Program-made: the position numbers and the translations under genes
From: an uncultured Candidatus Micrarchaeota archaeon
Lineage (GTDB): Archaea > Micrarchaeota > Micrarchaeia > Anstonellales > Anstonellaceae
Assembly: GCA_903892905.1 (NCBI GenBank)
Contig: CAITKI010000153.1
Location: 1-57,469 of the forward strand
Direction of reading: 5' to 3'
Length of the DNA: 57,469 bases
Shown here: positions 42,370 to 50,593 of the stretch, piece after piece
Layout: every line of letters starts with the position of its first letter
Position numbering within the stretch: position 1 is the stretch's first letter
Notes under the pieces: generated by a model
Seen by the model: only the letters and a program-made list of their open reading frames with translations
Database searches by the model: none
What the model was told of the DNA's origin: nothing

Positions 42370-44060
42370 GCATTGCCCGGCTTGTGGAAAATATGTGCAA
42401 CTTTCCAATTAAGCTGAGATTTTCTGGCAAATCCGAGCAGGGCGTGCGCGCTGCATTTGCCCGCGCTGCGATTGATTGTGAAAGCGTGCCAGGCTATCTT
42501 TCATTCTCACTGTTTGCCGCCCTTGCCATCTGCGTGGTGCTTGGCACGGCAAGCAGCCTGCTTTTTTCAGACATGATTTTATCTGCAGGCATCTTTCTTT
42601 TCTCATTCGGCATTCTCTTCCTTTTCATGCTCAAGCTGCCATCCATCCTTGCCTCGCGGCGCGAGAAGATGATGGAGTCCGAGTTGCCTTATCTTTTGCG
42701 CGAGCTTGCCATCTACATCGACATTGGCCTTCCGTTCGAGAAATGCATTGCAAGGCTTGCGGGCGGGAAGTATGAGCTTGCGCGCGAGTTTACTGCTGCC
42801 AGGGGCGAAATAGCATCGGGCGCATCAGTACAGTCAGCTTTTGCTCGCTTGTCCTCCGCCACCGGCTCGCTTGCCCTCAAGCGAAGCCTGCTTCTTCTTT
42901 CCACGATTTATGAAACAGGCAAGGGCACTGAGCCGTTGCGCAGGATGGCGGATGAGCTGTCGGCAGCACAGATTTCAGAGATGCGCGCACAAGCTGGAAA
43001 GTTTTCCCTGCTTGCAATTGCTTTCATTGCCGTCTCTGCGCTAATCCCGTCTTTTTTCGCGGTTTTTGCCGCTGTTTCGCCCCTTGTGCTGCCCGAGCCT
43101 GTGCAGCAGTGGCAAGTCTGGCTTGCCTTCCTGCTGGTGTTCCCTGCGCTGGATGCGGCTGCGCTTGGCGCCATGTTCCTGTTGCTGCCTCCTGTGAAAA
43201 ACGAGGGAGCAGCAGGTACACTGGACGAGTATTTGAAAAGCAAGGGCATTCGCGCTGATGGCAGGAAATTCGCAGTTGCACTCGCAGCGCTCTCGCTTGC
43301 GCTTGCAGGCGTTTCGCTTGCAGCAGGCAGCATTATGCTCGCATTCCTGTCAATCTGCATAGGGCCTGCGATTTACTCGCTTGCAGTGTATTTTTCAGAG
43401 GTGGAAATGAAGCGAGCTGAGATGCTGCTGCCTGACGCGCTTTACACTGCAGCCTCCACGCACAAGCTGTTGTCAGCTGAGAAAATGCTTTCTTTGCTTG
43501 CAAAAGGAGGGTTCGGTAGGGTCTCCGATGCATTTGCACTGGCGCTTGCAAGGCAAAAAGCTGGCGACAGCTTCCAGTCTTCTATGCAAGCTGCTGCGCG
43601 ATACTGCCCCACACCCCTTGCCAGCCGCGCGTTCTCGCTCATCATAGTTGCTTATGAAACAGGCGCAGACATGTACTCTGCGCTTCGCGAGTGTGCGCAG
43701 GATGTGGTTTCCTTTTTCGCGCTCCTGCGTGAGCGCGCGGCGCTTTTGTCCATCCAGCGCTACACCGTGCTTGCTTCATCCGCGCTCCTGGTGCCAATAA
43801 TCCTAGGAACAGTGGTGTTTCTCGCGCCCACGCTTTCCGGAGCATCAGTAGTAGGAAGCGCAGCGCCTGATGCCGCGCTCCTTTCCACCCTCGCGCTAGC
43901 CTGCCAAATTTACCTAGTGCTCAATGCCGCGCTTTCCGCGCTCCTCCTTTCGCTTTCAGAATCAAACCCCGCGCGCGCAGCGCTTTACTTTGCCATTTGC
44001 GCACCAATGTCGCTCATTTTCTTCTCGGTGGCAAGCTCAAGCGCGCTTGCGCTAGGGTAG
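42366..44060 (+). CDS. polytopic platform protein (FlaJ/TadC/T2SS-F-like)
   Basis: 564 aa. TM blocks flank two cytoplasmic helical domains, an arrangement typical of archaeal PilC/FlaJ. 4-nt overlap with the ATPase gene. Confidence 0.65.
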   Translation: MSIARLVENMCNFPIKLRFSGKSEQGVRAAFARAAIDCESVPGYLSFSLFAALAICVVLGTASSLLFSDMILSAGIFLFSFGILFLFMLKLPSILASRREKMMESELPYLLRELAIYIDIGLPFEKCIARLAGGKYELAREFTAARGEIASGASVQSAFARLSSATGSLALKRSLLLLSTIYETGKGTEPLRRMADELSAAQISEMRAQAGKFSLLAIAFIAVSALIPSFFAVFAAVSPLVLPEPVQQWQVWLAFLLVFPALDAAALGAMFLLLPPVKNEGAAGTLDEYLKSKGIRADGRKFAVALAALSLALAGVSLAAGSIMLAFLSICIGPAIYSLAVYFSEVEMKRAEMLLPDALYTAASTHKLLSAEKMLSLLAKGGFGRVSDAFALALARQKAGDSFQSSMQAAARYCPTPLASRAFSLIIVAYETGADMYSALRECAQDVVSFFALLRERAALLSIQRYTVLASSALLVPIILGTVVFLAPTLSGASVVGSAAPDAALLSTLALACQIYLVLNAALSALLLSLSESNPARAALYFAICAPMSLIFFSVASSSALALG

Positions 44061-44196
44061 ATGGTATTTCCACTGGCATGCTACCCTGCGAGTGTTTATA
44101 TATTCTGAAAAGTGCAGGGCAAGCATGCAGACCAGATGTCCCAAAGCCTTTTATTCATTTATGGATAATACTATTCACTTTTGGATAAGTGGTGAT

Positions 44197-44730
44197 ATGG
44201 AAGCTATAGAACTCGTGAAGAACAGGGGCGCGCGGCAGATGCTTGAGACGCTGCTGAAATTCCCAAGCAGACAATTCACCATAAACGAGCTTGCGCGCGA
44301 GGCTAAGGTGCCTTTTGCATCAGCCTGGCGGTTGGTGAAAAAATGGGAGATGGCAGGCATAATAGAAACCGGAAGGGTGGGCAGCGGTGTGACAGTGAAG
44401 CTGCGCAAATCCGAGTATCTTGATGCCGTATCTTCCCTCCTGAAAATAAGCGTAAGCCCGCAGGTGTTCACCGCAAATGCAGTTGGAGACTTGCTTGCAA
44501 AAGAGAAGGGAGTGAAGGAAGCATACCTGTTTGGCAGCGTGGCAAGTGGGAAGGAAAAGCCTGCAAGCGACGTAGATGTTGCACTGCTGGCTCAGAAAGG
44601 CTTCAATGCAAATGGACTGGTATTTGGTATCTATGAAAAATACGGGACAAAGCTTGTGCCGCTTGCCTTTTCCAGCAAAAAGGAGCTTGATGCATTCATG
44701 GAAGGCAAGGAATCGAGGCGGTTGAAATGA
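44197..44730 (+). CDS. wHTH plus minimal nucleotidyltransferase (MNT-type antitoxin)
   Basis: FTINELAREAKVPFASAWRLVKKW wHTH and AYLFGSVASGKEKPASDVDVALL NTase motif. The start is at the internal ATG at 44197. Confidence 0.7.
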   Translation: MEAIELVKNRGARQMLETLLKFPSRQFTINELAREAKVPFASAWRLVKKWEMAGIIETGRVGSGVTVKLRKSEYLDAVSSLLKISVSPQVFTANAVGDLLAKEKGVKEAYLFGSVASGKEKPASDVDVALLAQKGFNANGLVFGIYEKYGTKLVPLAFSSKKELDAFMEGKESRRLK

Positions 44731-45125
44731 ACGACACTTTTGAGAGAGCTTATGCAGAGGCTGAAGGCTGGCTTGCCTCGGCAAAGCACGGCTTGGTTGA
44801 GGCGGAAGATGAAGAAGCGCGCGCCAATGTCTGCTGCGCACAGGCAATCCATGCGATAATACGCGCCAATGATGCCCTTTCGCTGAAATTCCTCAGCCAC
44901 AAGCCAACGCGCCACGACGATGCGGCAGTGGTGTTCGCAAAGCTTGACAAAGACGGCAAGCTGCCGGAAGGCGCCGCGCGCTTCGGGAATTTGGTGGCAG
45001 ACGCAATGAGGGACAAGAGCGGCGCAGACTACGGGAAAAGCTCGTTCTCATTTGAGCGCGCGCAGGAATACGCCGAGAAGACGGAGGAGTTCCTTGCAAT
45101 GGTGAAAAGCGCGCTGAATATCTAA
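44727..45125 (+). CDS. HEPN-domain protein (toxin partner of MNT)
   Basis: All-helical 132 aa protein with AIHAIIRANDALSLKFLSHKPTRHDD. 4-nt overlap with the MNT gene. Confidence 0.55.
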   Translation: MNDTFERAYAEAEGWLASAKHGLVEAEDEEARANVCCAQAIHAIIRANDALSLKFLSHKPTRHDDAAVVFAKLDKDGKLPEGAARFGNLVADAMRDKSGADYGKSSFSFERAQEYAEKTEEFLAMVKSALNI

Positions 45126-45186
45126 ACAACCAGCAAAAATGCTGTGGCTAAGGGAAGTAAAAAACAAAAGAAAGAAAAAAGAAGGC

Positions 45187-46839
45187 TCAGTAGTCTCCGC
45201 CCATTCCGCCGCCCATGCCGCCTGGGCCGCCCGGAGGCATGCCGCCGGACTTGCCCTTGGAGGCAATCATGTCGTCGATGCGGAGCAGCATTTTCGCCGC
45301 TTCGTAGGCGGATGCGATTGCCTGGGTCTTGACCTTGAGGGGCTCGTACACGCCAAGCGCCTTCATGTCCGCAGTGGTGCCTGCGTAGACGTCCACGCCG
45401 AAGTGCGCGCCGTCCTCCTTCTTGTGCTTGGCGCGCAAGCTAACGAGCGCGTCAATTGCATCCATGCCTGCATTCTCTGCAAGCGTGCGCGGCACTGTCT
45501 CCAGCGCCTCTGCGAATGCGTGGATTGCAAGCTGCTCCCTTCCGCCGATTTCAGTGGCGTACTTGCCAAGCTGGATGGAAAGCTCAAGCTCTGTGGAGCC
45601 GCCGCCTGTCACATACCTGCCGTCCTCGACGGCGGATGACACTGCGCCGATTGCATCCACCAAGGCGCGCTCGCCTTCCGAGACCACGTGCTCTGTACTT
45701 GCGCGGACGAATATTGTCACTGACTTTGCGTCCTTGCAGTTCTCCACAAACACCATCTTCTCGCCTGAAATTGACTTCTCGTTCACGTCGCCTGCAAATC
45801 CGAGGTCCTTTGCCGACAAGTCGTCAAGCGTGGTCGCCACCTTGGCCCCAGTTGCGCGCTGCAGCTTCTCCATGTCGGACTTCTTCACACGGCGCACCGC
45901 GGAAATGCCCTTCTTGTTGAGGTAATGCTGCGCCACGTCGTCAATACCTTTCTGGCAGAATACGACATTCGCGCCTGTTGCAGCGATTTTCTCCACCATG
46001 TCCTTTAGCATCTTTTCCTCCTGCGCGAGGAACGCCTGCATCTGGTCGGGAGAAGTTATCTCGATCTTTGCGTCAATTTCGGTCTTCTCTATCTCAAGCG
46101 CGCAGTCGATGAGCGCAATCTTTGCGTTCTTGATGTTCTTCGGCATGCTCTGGTGCACGATTTCCTTGTCCACCAGCACGCCGGAGATGAGCGCGGTGTC
46201 GTTGATGTCGCCGCCCGCCTTCTTCTCGATCTTGATGAGCTCGTGGTCGACGACATACGTGTCGCCGCGCTTGTCCACCACCTGGGTGACTGCCTGCACA
46301 ACGAGCTTTGCGAGCCTGTCCTTGGATGCGCCCACGCCGATGGACTTGGAGCCCATTGCGATTGATGCGATTTTCTCAAGCGTCGCAGTGTCCTTGATGT
46401 CCACCTTGGTGGCAAGCTTTGCAAGTATTTCGCTTGACTTCTTTGCGGCAAGGTCGTAGCCTTTCACAATCGTGGAGGCGTGGATGTCCTGGTCAAGCAA
46501 GTCGCCTGCTTTCTTGAGGAGCATGCCTGATAGCATGACTGCAGTCGTGGTGCCGTCGCCCACTTCCTTGTCCTGCGTCTTGGCGATTTCCACCATTATC
46601 TTTGCAGCTGGGTGCTCCACATTCATTTCCTCGAGGATGGTCGCACCGTCGTTTGTGATGACGATGTCGCCAAGCTCGGAGACCAGCATCTTGTCCATTC
46701 CCTTGGGGCCAAGCGTGGTGCGCACGATGTTCGCCACCGCGTAAGCCACTGCAATGTTGGTGCGCTGCGCGTCCCTGCCCAATATGCGGTTGCTGCCCTC
46801 GGGCATAACCATGACTTGTTGTCCGTCCATCTTTGCCAT
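45187..46839 (-). CDS. ths: thermosome subunit (group II chaperonin)
   Basis: [29 protein letters not shown], and a GGM-rich tail [19 protein letters not shown]. The ATG at 46839 is preceded by GAGGTGGT. Confidence 0.95.
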   Translation of the reverse strand: MAKMDGQQVMVMPEGSNRILGRDAQRTNIAVAYAVANIVRTTLGPKGMDKMLVSELGDIVITNDGATILEEMNVEHPAAKIMVEIAKTQDKEVGDGTTTAVMLSGMLLKKAGDLLDQDIHASTIVKGYDLAAKKSSEILAKLATKVDIKDTATLEKIASIAMGSKSIGVGASKDRLAKLVVQAVTQVVDKRGDTYVVDHELIKIEKKAGGDINDTALISGVLVDKEIVHQSMPKNIKNAKIALIDCALEIEKTEIDAKIEITSPDQMQAFLAQEEKMLKDMVEKIAATGANVVFCQKGIDDVAQHYLNKKGISAVRRVKKSDMEKLQRATGAKVATTLDDLSAKDLGFAGDVNEKSISGEKMVFVENCKDAKSVTIFVRASTEHVVSEGERALVDAIGAVSSAVEDGRYVTGGGSTELELSIQLGKYATEIGGREQLAIHAFAEALETVPRTLAENAGMDAIDALVSLRAKHKKEDGAHFGVDVYAGTTADMKALGVYEPLKVKTQAIASAYEAAKMLLRIDDMIASKGKSGGMPPGGPGGMGGGMGGDY

Positions 46840-46881
46840 TAATACCACCTCGGTAAATATTTGCCTGAAAATTGGAGACGT

Positions 46882-46918
46882 GGAAAAATAAAAGTGAAAA
46901 TGCGCGGCAATGCCGCGC
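46882..46918 (-). terminator. hairpin plus T-rich tract after the OB-fold gene
   Basis: The minus strand reads GCGCGGC-ATT-GCCGCGC followed by ATTTTCACTTTTATTTTT. Confidence 0.4.
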
Positions 46919-46941
46919 TGATGCCTGGCTGGCTCGGAAAA

Positions 46942-47232
46942 TTACTGCTTCTCTATTTTTCCGTTCCTGCCTGCGGAGATGCGCAACTGGCCCTTGTACT
47001 CGGAGACCCAGCCGTCGGTGATCTTCACCTTGTCGCCCTGCGCAAACTTGTCAGCGTCATCATTCCAAAGCGAGAGCACTATCTCGCCGGAGTCGTCCTT
47101 GAGGTTCGCGGATGCCACGCGCAGGCGCTTGCCGAATTTGCCCATGACGTCGCGGGGCTCTTCCATGCTCACGATTTCAGCCTCTATGTTGGCATTGCCA
47201 ACGCCTGACTTGAGTTCGCTTATCTTCATCAA
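46942..47232 (-). CDS. small OB-fold nucleic-acid-binding protein (SSB/RPA-like)
   Basis: 96 aa protein with a single OB-fold pattern: ...ANIEAEIVSMEEPRDV...LRVASANLKDDSGEIVLSLWNDDADKF..GDKVKITDGWVSEYKGQLRIS. Confidence 0.6.
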   Translation of the reverse strand: MMKISELKSGVGNANIEAEIVSMEEPRDVMGKFGKRLRVASANLKDDSGEIVLSLWNDDADKFAQGDKVKITDGWVSEYKGQLRISAGRNGKIEKQ

Positions 47233-47303
47233 ACCATCTCCACAAGCGCGTACATTACTATTGCATACATATATGCATAGAAAGCGCGAATGAGGGTTAA
47301 ATT

Positions 47304-47430
47304 GGAAAGGGTATTAAATCCTTTCCCTGCTCCGAACGCGCGTGCGCGCACGCGCGAGGGCCGCGGTTTGGGGGCAAGGGCTGGCAAAGCCTGTAGACAG
47401 GCTTTGACTGCATTCGGAGGGCGCCAGCCC
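47304..47430. other. GC-rich cluster of four stem-loops / palindromes between two divergent promoters (candidate ncRNA or structural DNA element)
   Basis: Four elements: GGAAAGG/CCTTTCC (47304-47326); a perfect 20-nt palindrome CGCGCGTGCGCGCACGCGCG (47337-47356); CAAAGCCTG-TAGA-CAGGCTTTG (47385-47406); and an enclosing stem GGGCTGG/CCAGCCC (47378-47384 / 47424-47430). Confidence 0.3.
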
Positions 47431-47469
47431 TACGAATATAATAAAAACCCGTGCGCGCGAAATCCCCTC

Positions 47470-48246
47470 ATGAAAATCACGCTGGACTGGCGCAAGGGCG
47501 CGAGGGAGAATGCCGAGGCCCACTATTCGCAGTCAAAGGAGCTTGCGAAAAAGGCAGAGGGCGCGCGCAAGGCGATTGAGGAGACCAAAAAAGAGATGGC
47601 TGCTGCTGGCAAGGAAAAGGAGCGCGCTGACGTCGAGGCCTCGGTTGCCCCTGCGATGAAGCGCAAGAAGGAATGGTTCGAGAAATACCGCTGGTTCTAC
47701 ACGTCTGGAAACAGGCTCGTGGTTGCTGGCAGGGATGCCAAGCAGAATGACTTGCTGGTGTCAAAAGTGATGGCGGAGGAGGACTTGTTCTTCCATGCGG
47801 ACATACAGGGCGCGCCAGCCACCATTTTGCAGGACGGGAAGAAGGCAAGCGAGCAGGAAAAGAAAGAGGCTGCGCAGTTCGCAGCATCGCATTCATCTGC
47901 CTGGAAAACCGGCGCAGCGGGCGTGGATGTTTATGCCGTTGAAAAAAGCCAGCTCTCCAAGCATGCGCAGGGCGGCTATGTTGGCGCAGGAGGCTTTGCC
48001 ATTGCAGGCGAGCGCGAATGGTTCCGAAGCACTGCGTTGGGGCTGTCCATAGGAGTGAAGGGCGGCGTGGCAATCGTGCTGCCAGTTGTCCACCAGGAAG
48101 CCGCAACTCTTCCATATTCGTTTTTCCCAGGAGCAAAGGAGAAAGGCGCGGCTGCAAAGGAGCTTGGCAAGGCGATTTCTGCAAACTCCGACGAAGTGTT
48201 GCTTTCGCTTCCTGCAGGGAAGTTTAGCATAAAGAGGCGGGTTTAG
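47470..48246 (+). CDS. NFACT-R (DUF814) domain protein, short RqcH/FbpA-like
   Basis: RWFYTSGNRLVVAGRDAKQNDLLVSKV..EDLFFHADIQGAPATIL. The start at 47470 follows an ATATAATAAAA box. The track start at 47290 would translate the GC-rich palindromes. Confidence 0.7.
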   Translation: MKITLDWRKGARENAEAHYSQSKELAKKAEGARKAIEETKKEMAAAGKEKERADVEASVAPAMKRKKEWFEKYRWFYTSGNRLVVAGRDAKQNDLLVSKVMAEEDLFFHADIQGAPATILQDGKKASEQEKKEAAQFAASHSSAWKTGAAGVDVYAVEKSQLSKHAQGGYVGAGGFAIAGEREWFRSTALGLSIGVKGGVAIVLPVVHQEAATLPYSFFPGAKEKGAAAKELGKAISANSDEVLLSLPAGKFSIKRRV

Positions 48247-48788
48247 TGACTGCTTTTGAGAAAATCGCCCTCCACACATCCATGTTGCGCACTGAGGAAA
48301 GGACGTGCGGCACGATATATATGGTTGATGAGAATGGGAAGCGCCTGCTGATTGACAGCGGCGATGGGCAGGTGGCACTCGGCTTCACACCAGACATCTG
48401 CATCCTCACGCACGGGCATTTTGACCATTCATCAGGCGTCAAGCCAGACTGGAAGCAAGTGCTTTTGCACCCTGCGGAGTTCAGGTTTGCTGGCCCTCAC
48501 ATCAAAATCCCGAAAAACGCGGAGAAAAACCCAATGACACCTCTAATGTTTGGCTCGCATGAGCTTTCGTTTTTCCACACGCCAGGGCACACAGACGGCA
48601 GCGTCTGCATACTTGACAAGAAAACCGGCTTGCTTTTCTCTGGCGACACAAAGTTTGCTGATGGCATCTACGGAAGGACGGACATTGGCGGAAGCGATGA
48701 GGAAATGGAAGCGAGCCTTGCGCTGATTGGCAAAATTCCTTACAAACTACTGTGCCCGGGGCATGGCAATTTAGAGGAGAAAAAATGA
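48246..48788 (+). CDS. MBL-fold metallo-hydrolase
   Basis: ILTHGHFDHSSG (HxHxDH), HTPGHTDGS, and CPGHG. Confidence 0.8.
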   Translation: MTAFEKIALHTSMLRTEERTCGTIYMVDENGKRLLIDSGDGQVALGFTPDICILTHGHFDHSSGVKPDWKQVLLHPAEFRFAGPHIKIPKNAEKNPMTPLMFGSHELSFFHTPGHTDGSVCILDKKTGLLFSGDTKFADGIYGRTDIGGSDEEMEASLALIGKIPYKLLCPGHGNLEEKK

Positions 48789-49423
48789 AGCACGAGGAGC
48801 TTCTTGCAAAATACGCGCGCAGCCGCAGGGACATTGAGGCGCGCCTCGCGCACTTCGAAAGCGTTGGAAAAAAAGGCGGGAGGCAGCTTTTCGAGGAGCT
48901 CTGCTTTTGCCTTCTCACGCCGCAGAGCAAGGCGCGCTCGTGCGATTCCGCCATCCATGAGCTGAAGGAAAAGAAACTGCTATTTTCAGGCGATGTCGCT
49001 GCAATTGCCCGCGTGCTTGCCAAAAAAACGCGCTTCCATAACAATAAGGCGCGCTATCTTGTTGAGGCGCGCGAGAAATTCTCTGCAAATGACTTTGCCC
49101 TGCTCTCAAACCACACATTTTCCGGCACTGAGCGACATGCGCGCGAATATTTCCTGAAGAATGTGAAGGGGCTGGGCTTGAAGGAAGCCAGCCACTATCT
49201 GAGGAATGTTGGGCGTGGCAGCACGCTTGCAATACTAGACAGGCACATACTCAAGAACCTCGTGAAATGCGGCGCGATAAAGAGCGTGCTTGCAAGCCTG
49301 ACTGAGAAGCGTTATTTGGAAATCGAGCGCAAGATGGAAAAGTTCTGCAAGCAAACAGGCATTCCGCTTTCGCATCTTGACCTTCTTTTCTGGGCAGAGG
49401 AGACCGGTGAGATTTTCAAATAG
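48785..49423 (+). CDS. ogg: HhH-GPD 8-oxoguanine DNA glycosylase/lyase (archaeal Ogg2 type)
   Basis: LFEELCFCLLTPQSKA, KTRFHNNKARYL, GLGLKEASHYLRNVG, and AILDRHI. ATGA overlap with the MBL gene. Confidence 0.78.
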   Translation: MKHEELLAKYARSRRDIEARLAHFESVGKKGGRQLFEELCFCLLTPQSKARSCDSAIHELKEKKLLFSGDVAAIARVLAKKTRFHNNKARYLVEAREKFSANDFALLSNHTFSGTERHAREYFLKNVKGLGLKEASHYLRNVGRGSTLAILDRHILKNLVKCGAIKSVLASLTEKRYLEIERKMEKFCKQTGIPLSHLDLLFWAEETGEIFK

Positions 49424-49431
49424 AGCACTGC

Positions 49432-49472
49432 TTTTTTAAAGGGGAACCCCAGAAGTTAACAATCGTTAACTT
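49432..49472 (+). promoter_or_regulatory. TATA box plus perfect palindrome (putative operator) upstream of the HTH regulator gene
   Basis: TTTTTTAAAGG at 49432-49442. AAGTTAAC (49453-49460) and GTTAACTT (49465-49472) form an 8+8 inverted repeat with a 4-nt spacer, immediately before the start codon region (GTG 49475 / ATG 49484). Confidence 0.4.
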
Positions 49473-49474
49473 AG

Positions 49475-49855
49475 GTGAAACAGATGCTCCCTTGCTCCGA
49501 AGTCCATTGGAAAATACTCCCGTCAGTCTGCTCCCAGCTTGCGCTTTGCATGGAGAAGGAAAAAGTCCCGCGCGCGAGCATCGCCGCGGCGCTTGGCACC
49601 AGCGAAGCGGCGGTTTCTCAATACATCTCGGGCAAGCGCGGGGCGGGAAAGCTGCCTGCTGCAGCGAAGAAGGAATGCTGCGCGCTTGCGAAGAAGTTTG
49701 CGTCCGGGAAAGTGAAAGCCAGCGAGATGGATGTGGGCATATCGATGATTGTGGTGATTGCAAAGGGGAGCACGCTTGGGAAGAATGACCCCTGCGCGAT
49801 TTGCATGAGAATTGGAAAAGAGAAAGATACGGCTGTTAAGGGAAAGAAGAGGTAG
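49475..49855 (+). CDS. HTH transcriptional regulator (XRE-like, COG2522-like)
   Basis: VPRASIAAALGTSEAAVSQYISGKRG helix-turn-helix, with Cys residues at both ends. Confidence 0.6.
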   Translation: MKQMLPCSEVHWKILPSVCSQLALCMEKEKVPRASIAAALGTSEAAVSQYISGKRGAGKLPAAAKKECCALAKKFASGKVKASEMDVGISMIVVIAKGSTLGKNDPCAICMRIGKEKDTAVKGKKR

Positions 49856-49858
49856 ATT

Positions 49859-50593
49859 TTGATGGCACTTTTATCGCTTAAGAGCCTGCAGGTAAGCGCG
49901 AGCGAAAAGGAAATCATACGAGGCATATCACTTGACGTGGGAGAGGGGGAAGTGCATGTCATCATGGGGCAGAATGGGAGCGGAAAGTCCACCCTTCTCT
50001 CCGCACTTGCAGGAAACCCGAAATATTCTGTGAAAGGCTCTGCGCTATTCGAAGGGAAAGACTTGCTGGCGCTTAAGCCGCATGAGCGCGCAAGGAGAGG
50101 GTTGTTCCTAGCTTTCCAGTCTCCAATAGAGGTGCCAGGCATCTCGCTTGCCAGCATGCTCCGCCGCGCGTATGCCGCTCGCTTTGGCGATGAGATGAGC
50201 GCGGCTGAATTTGACAAGATACTTCAGGCAAAATCAGAGGCAATGGGGCTGGCTCGCTCGTTCTTCTCGCGCGGCATAAATGACGGCATGTCCGGCGGCG
50301 AGAGGAAGATGAGCGAAATATTGCAGCTCTCCGTGCTTGAGCCTAGGCTTGCCATGCTGGACGAGCCCGATTCTGGCCTGGATGTGGACGCGCTGGAGCG
50401 GGTGGGCGCGGCGATTGGCAAGATCCGAAAAAATGGCATGTCCATGCTGATTGTCACTCACTATGCGCGCGTGCTTCGCAGCATCAAGGCGGATAGGGTG
50501 CATGTGATGCATATGGGGAAGATTGTGGCGTCGGGTGATGAAAAGCTGGCGCAGAAAATTGAGGAGAAGGGCTATTCATGGGTATTGCAATGA
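49859..50593 (+). CDS. sufC: Fe-S cluster assembly ATPase SufC
   Basis: GQNGSGKSTL Walker A, MSGGERKMSEILQ ABC signature, and LAMLDEPDSGLD Walker B. Confidence 0.95.
   Translation: MMALLSLKSLQVSASEKEIIRGISLDVGEGEVHVIMGQNGSGKSTLLSALAGNPKYSVKGSALFEGKDLLALKPHERARRGLFLAFQSPIEVPGISLASMLRRAYAARFGDEMSAAEFDKILQAKSEAMGLARSFFSRGINDGMSGGERKMSEILQLSVLEPRLAMLDEPDSGLDVDALERVGAAIGKIRKNGMSMLIVTHYARVLRSIKADRVHVMHMGKIVASGDEKLAQKIEEKGYSWVLQ

Noticed and set aside
45126-45186. An A-rich run (AAAAAACAAAAGAAAGAAAAAAGAAGG) that could look like a repeat or poly-A tract.
   Set aside because: It is a short convergent intergenic spacer between the HEPN gene and the thermosome gene. On the minus strand it reads as a T-rich tract, consistent with ordinary archaeal termination signals.
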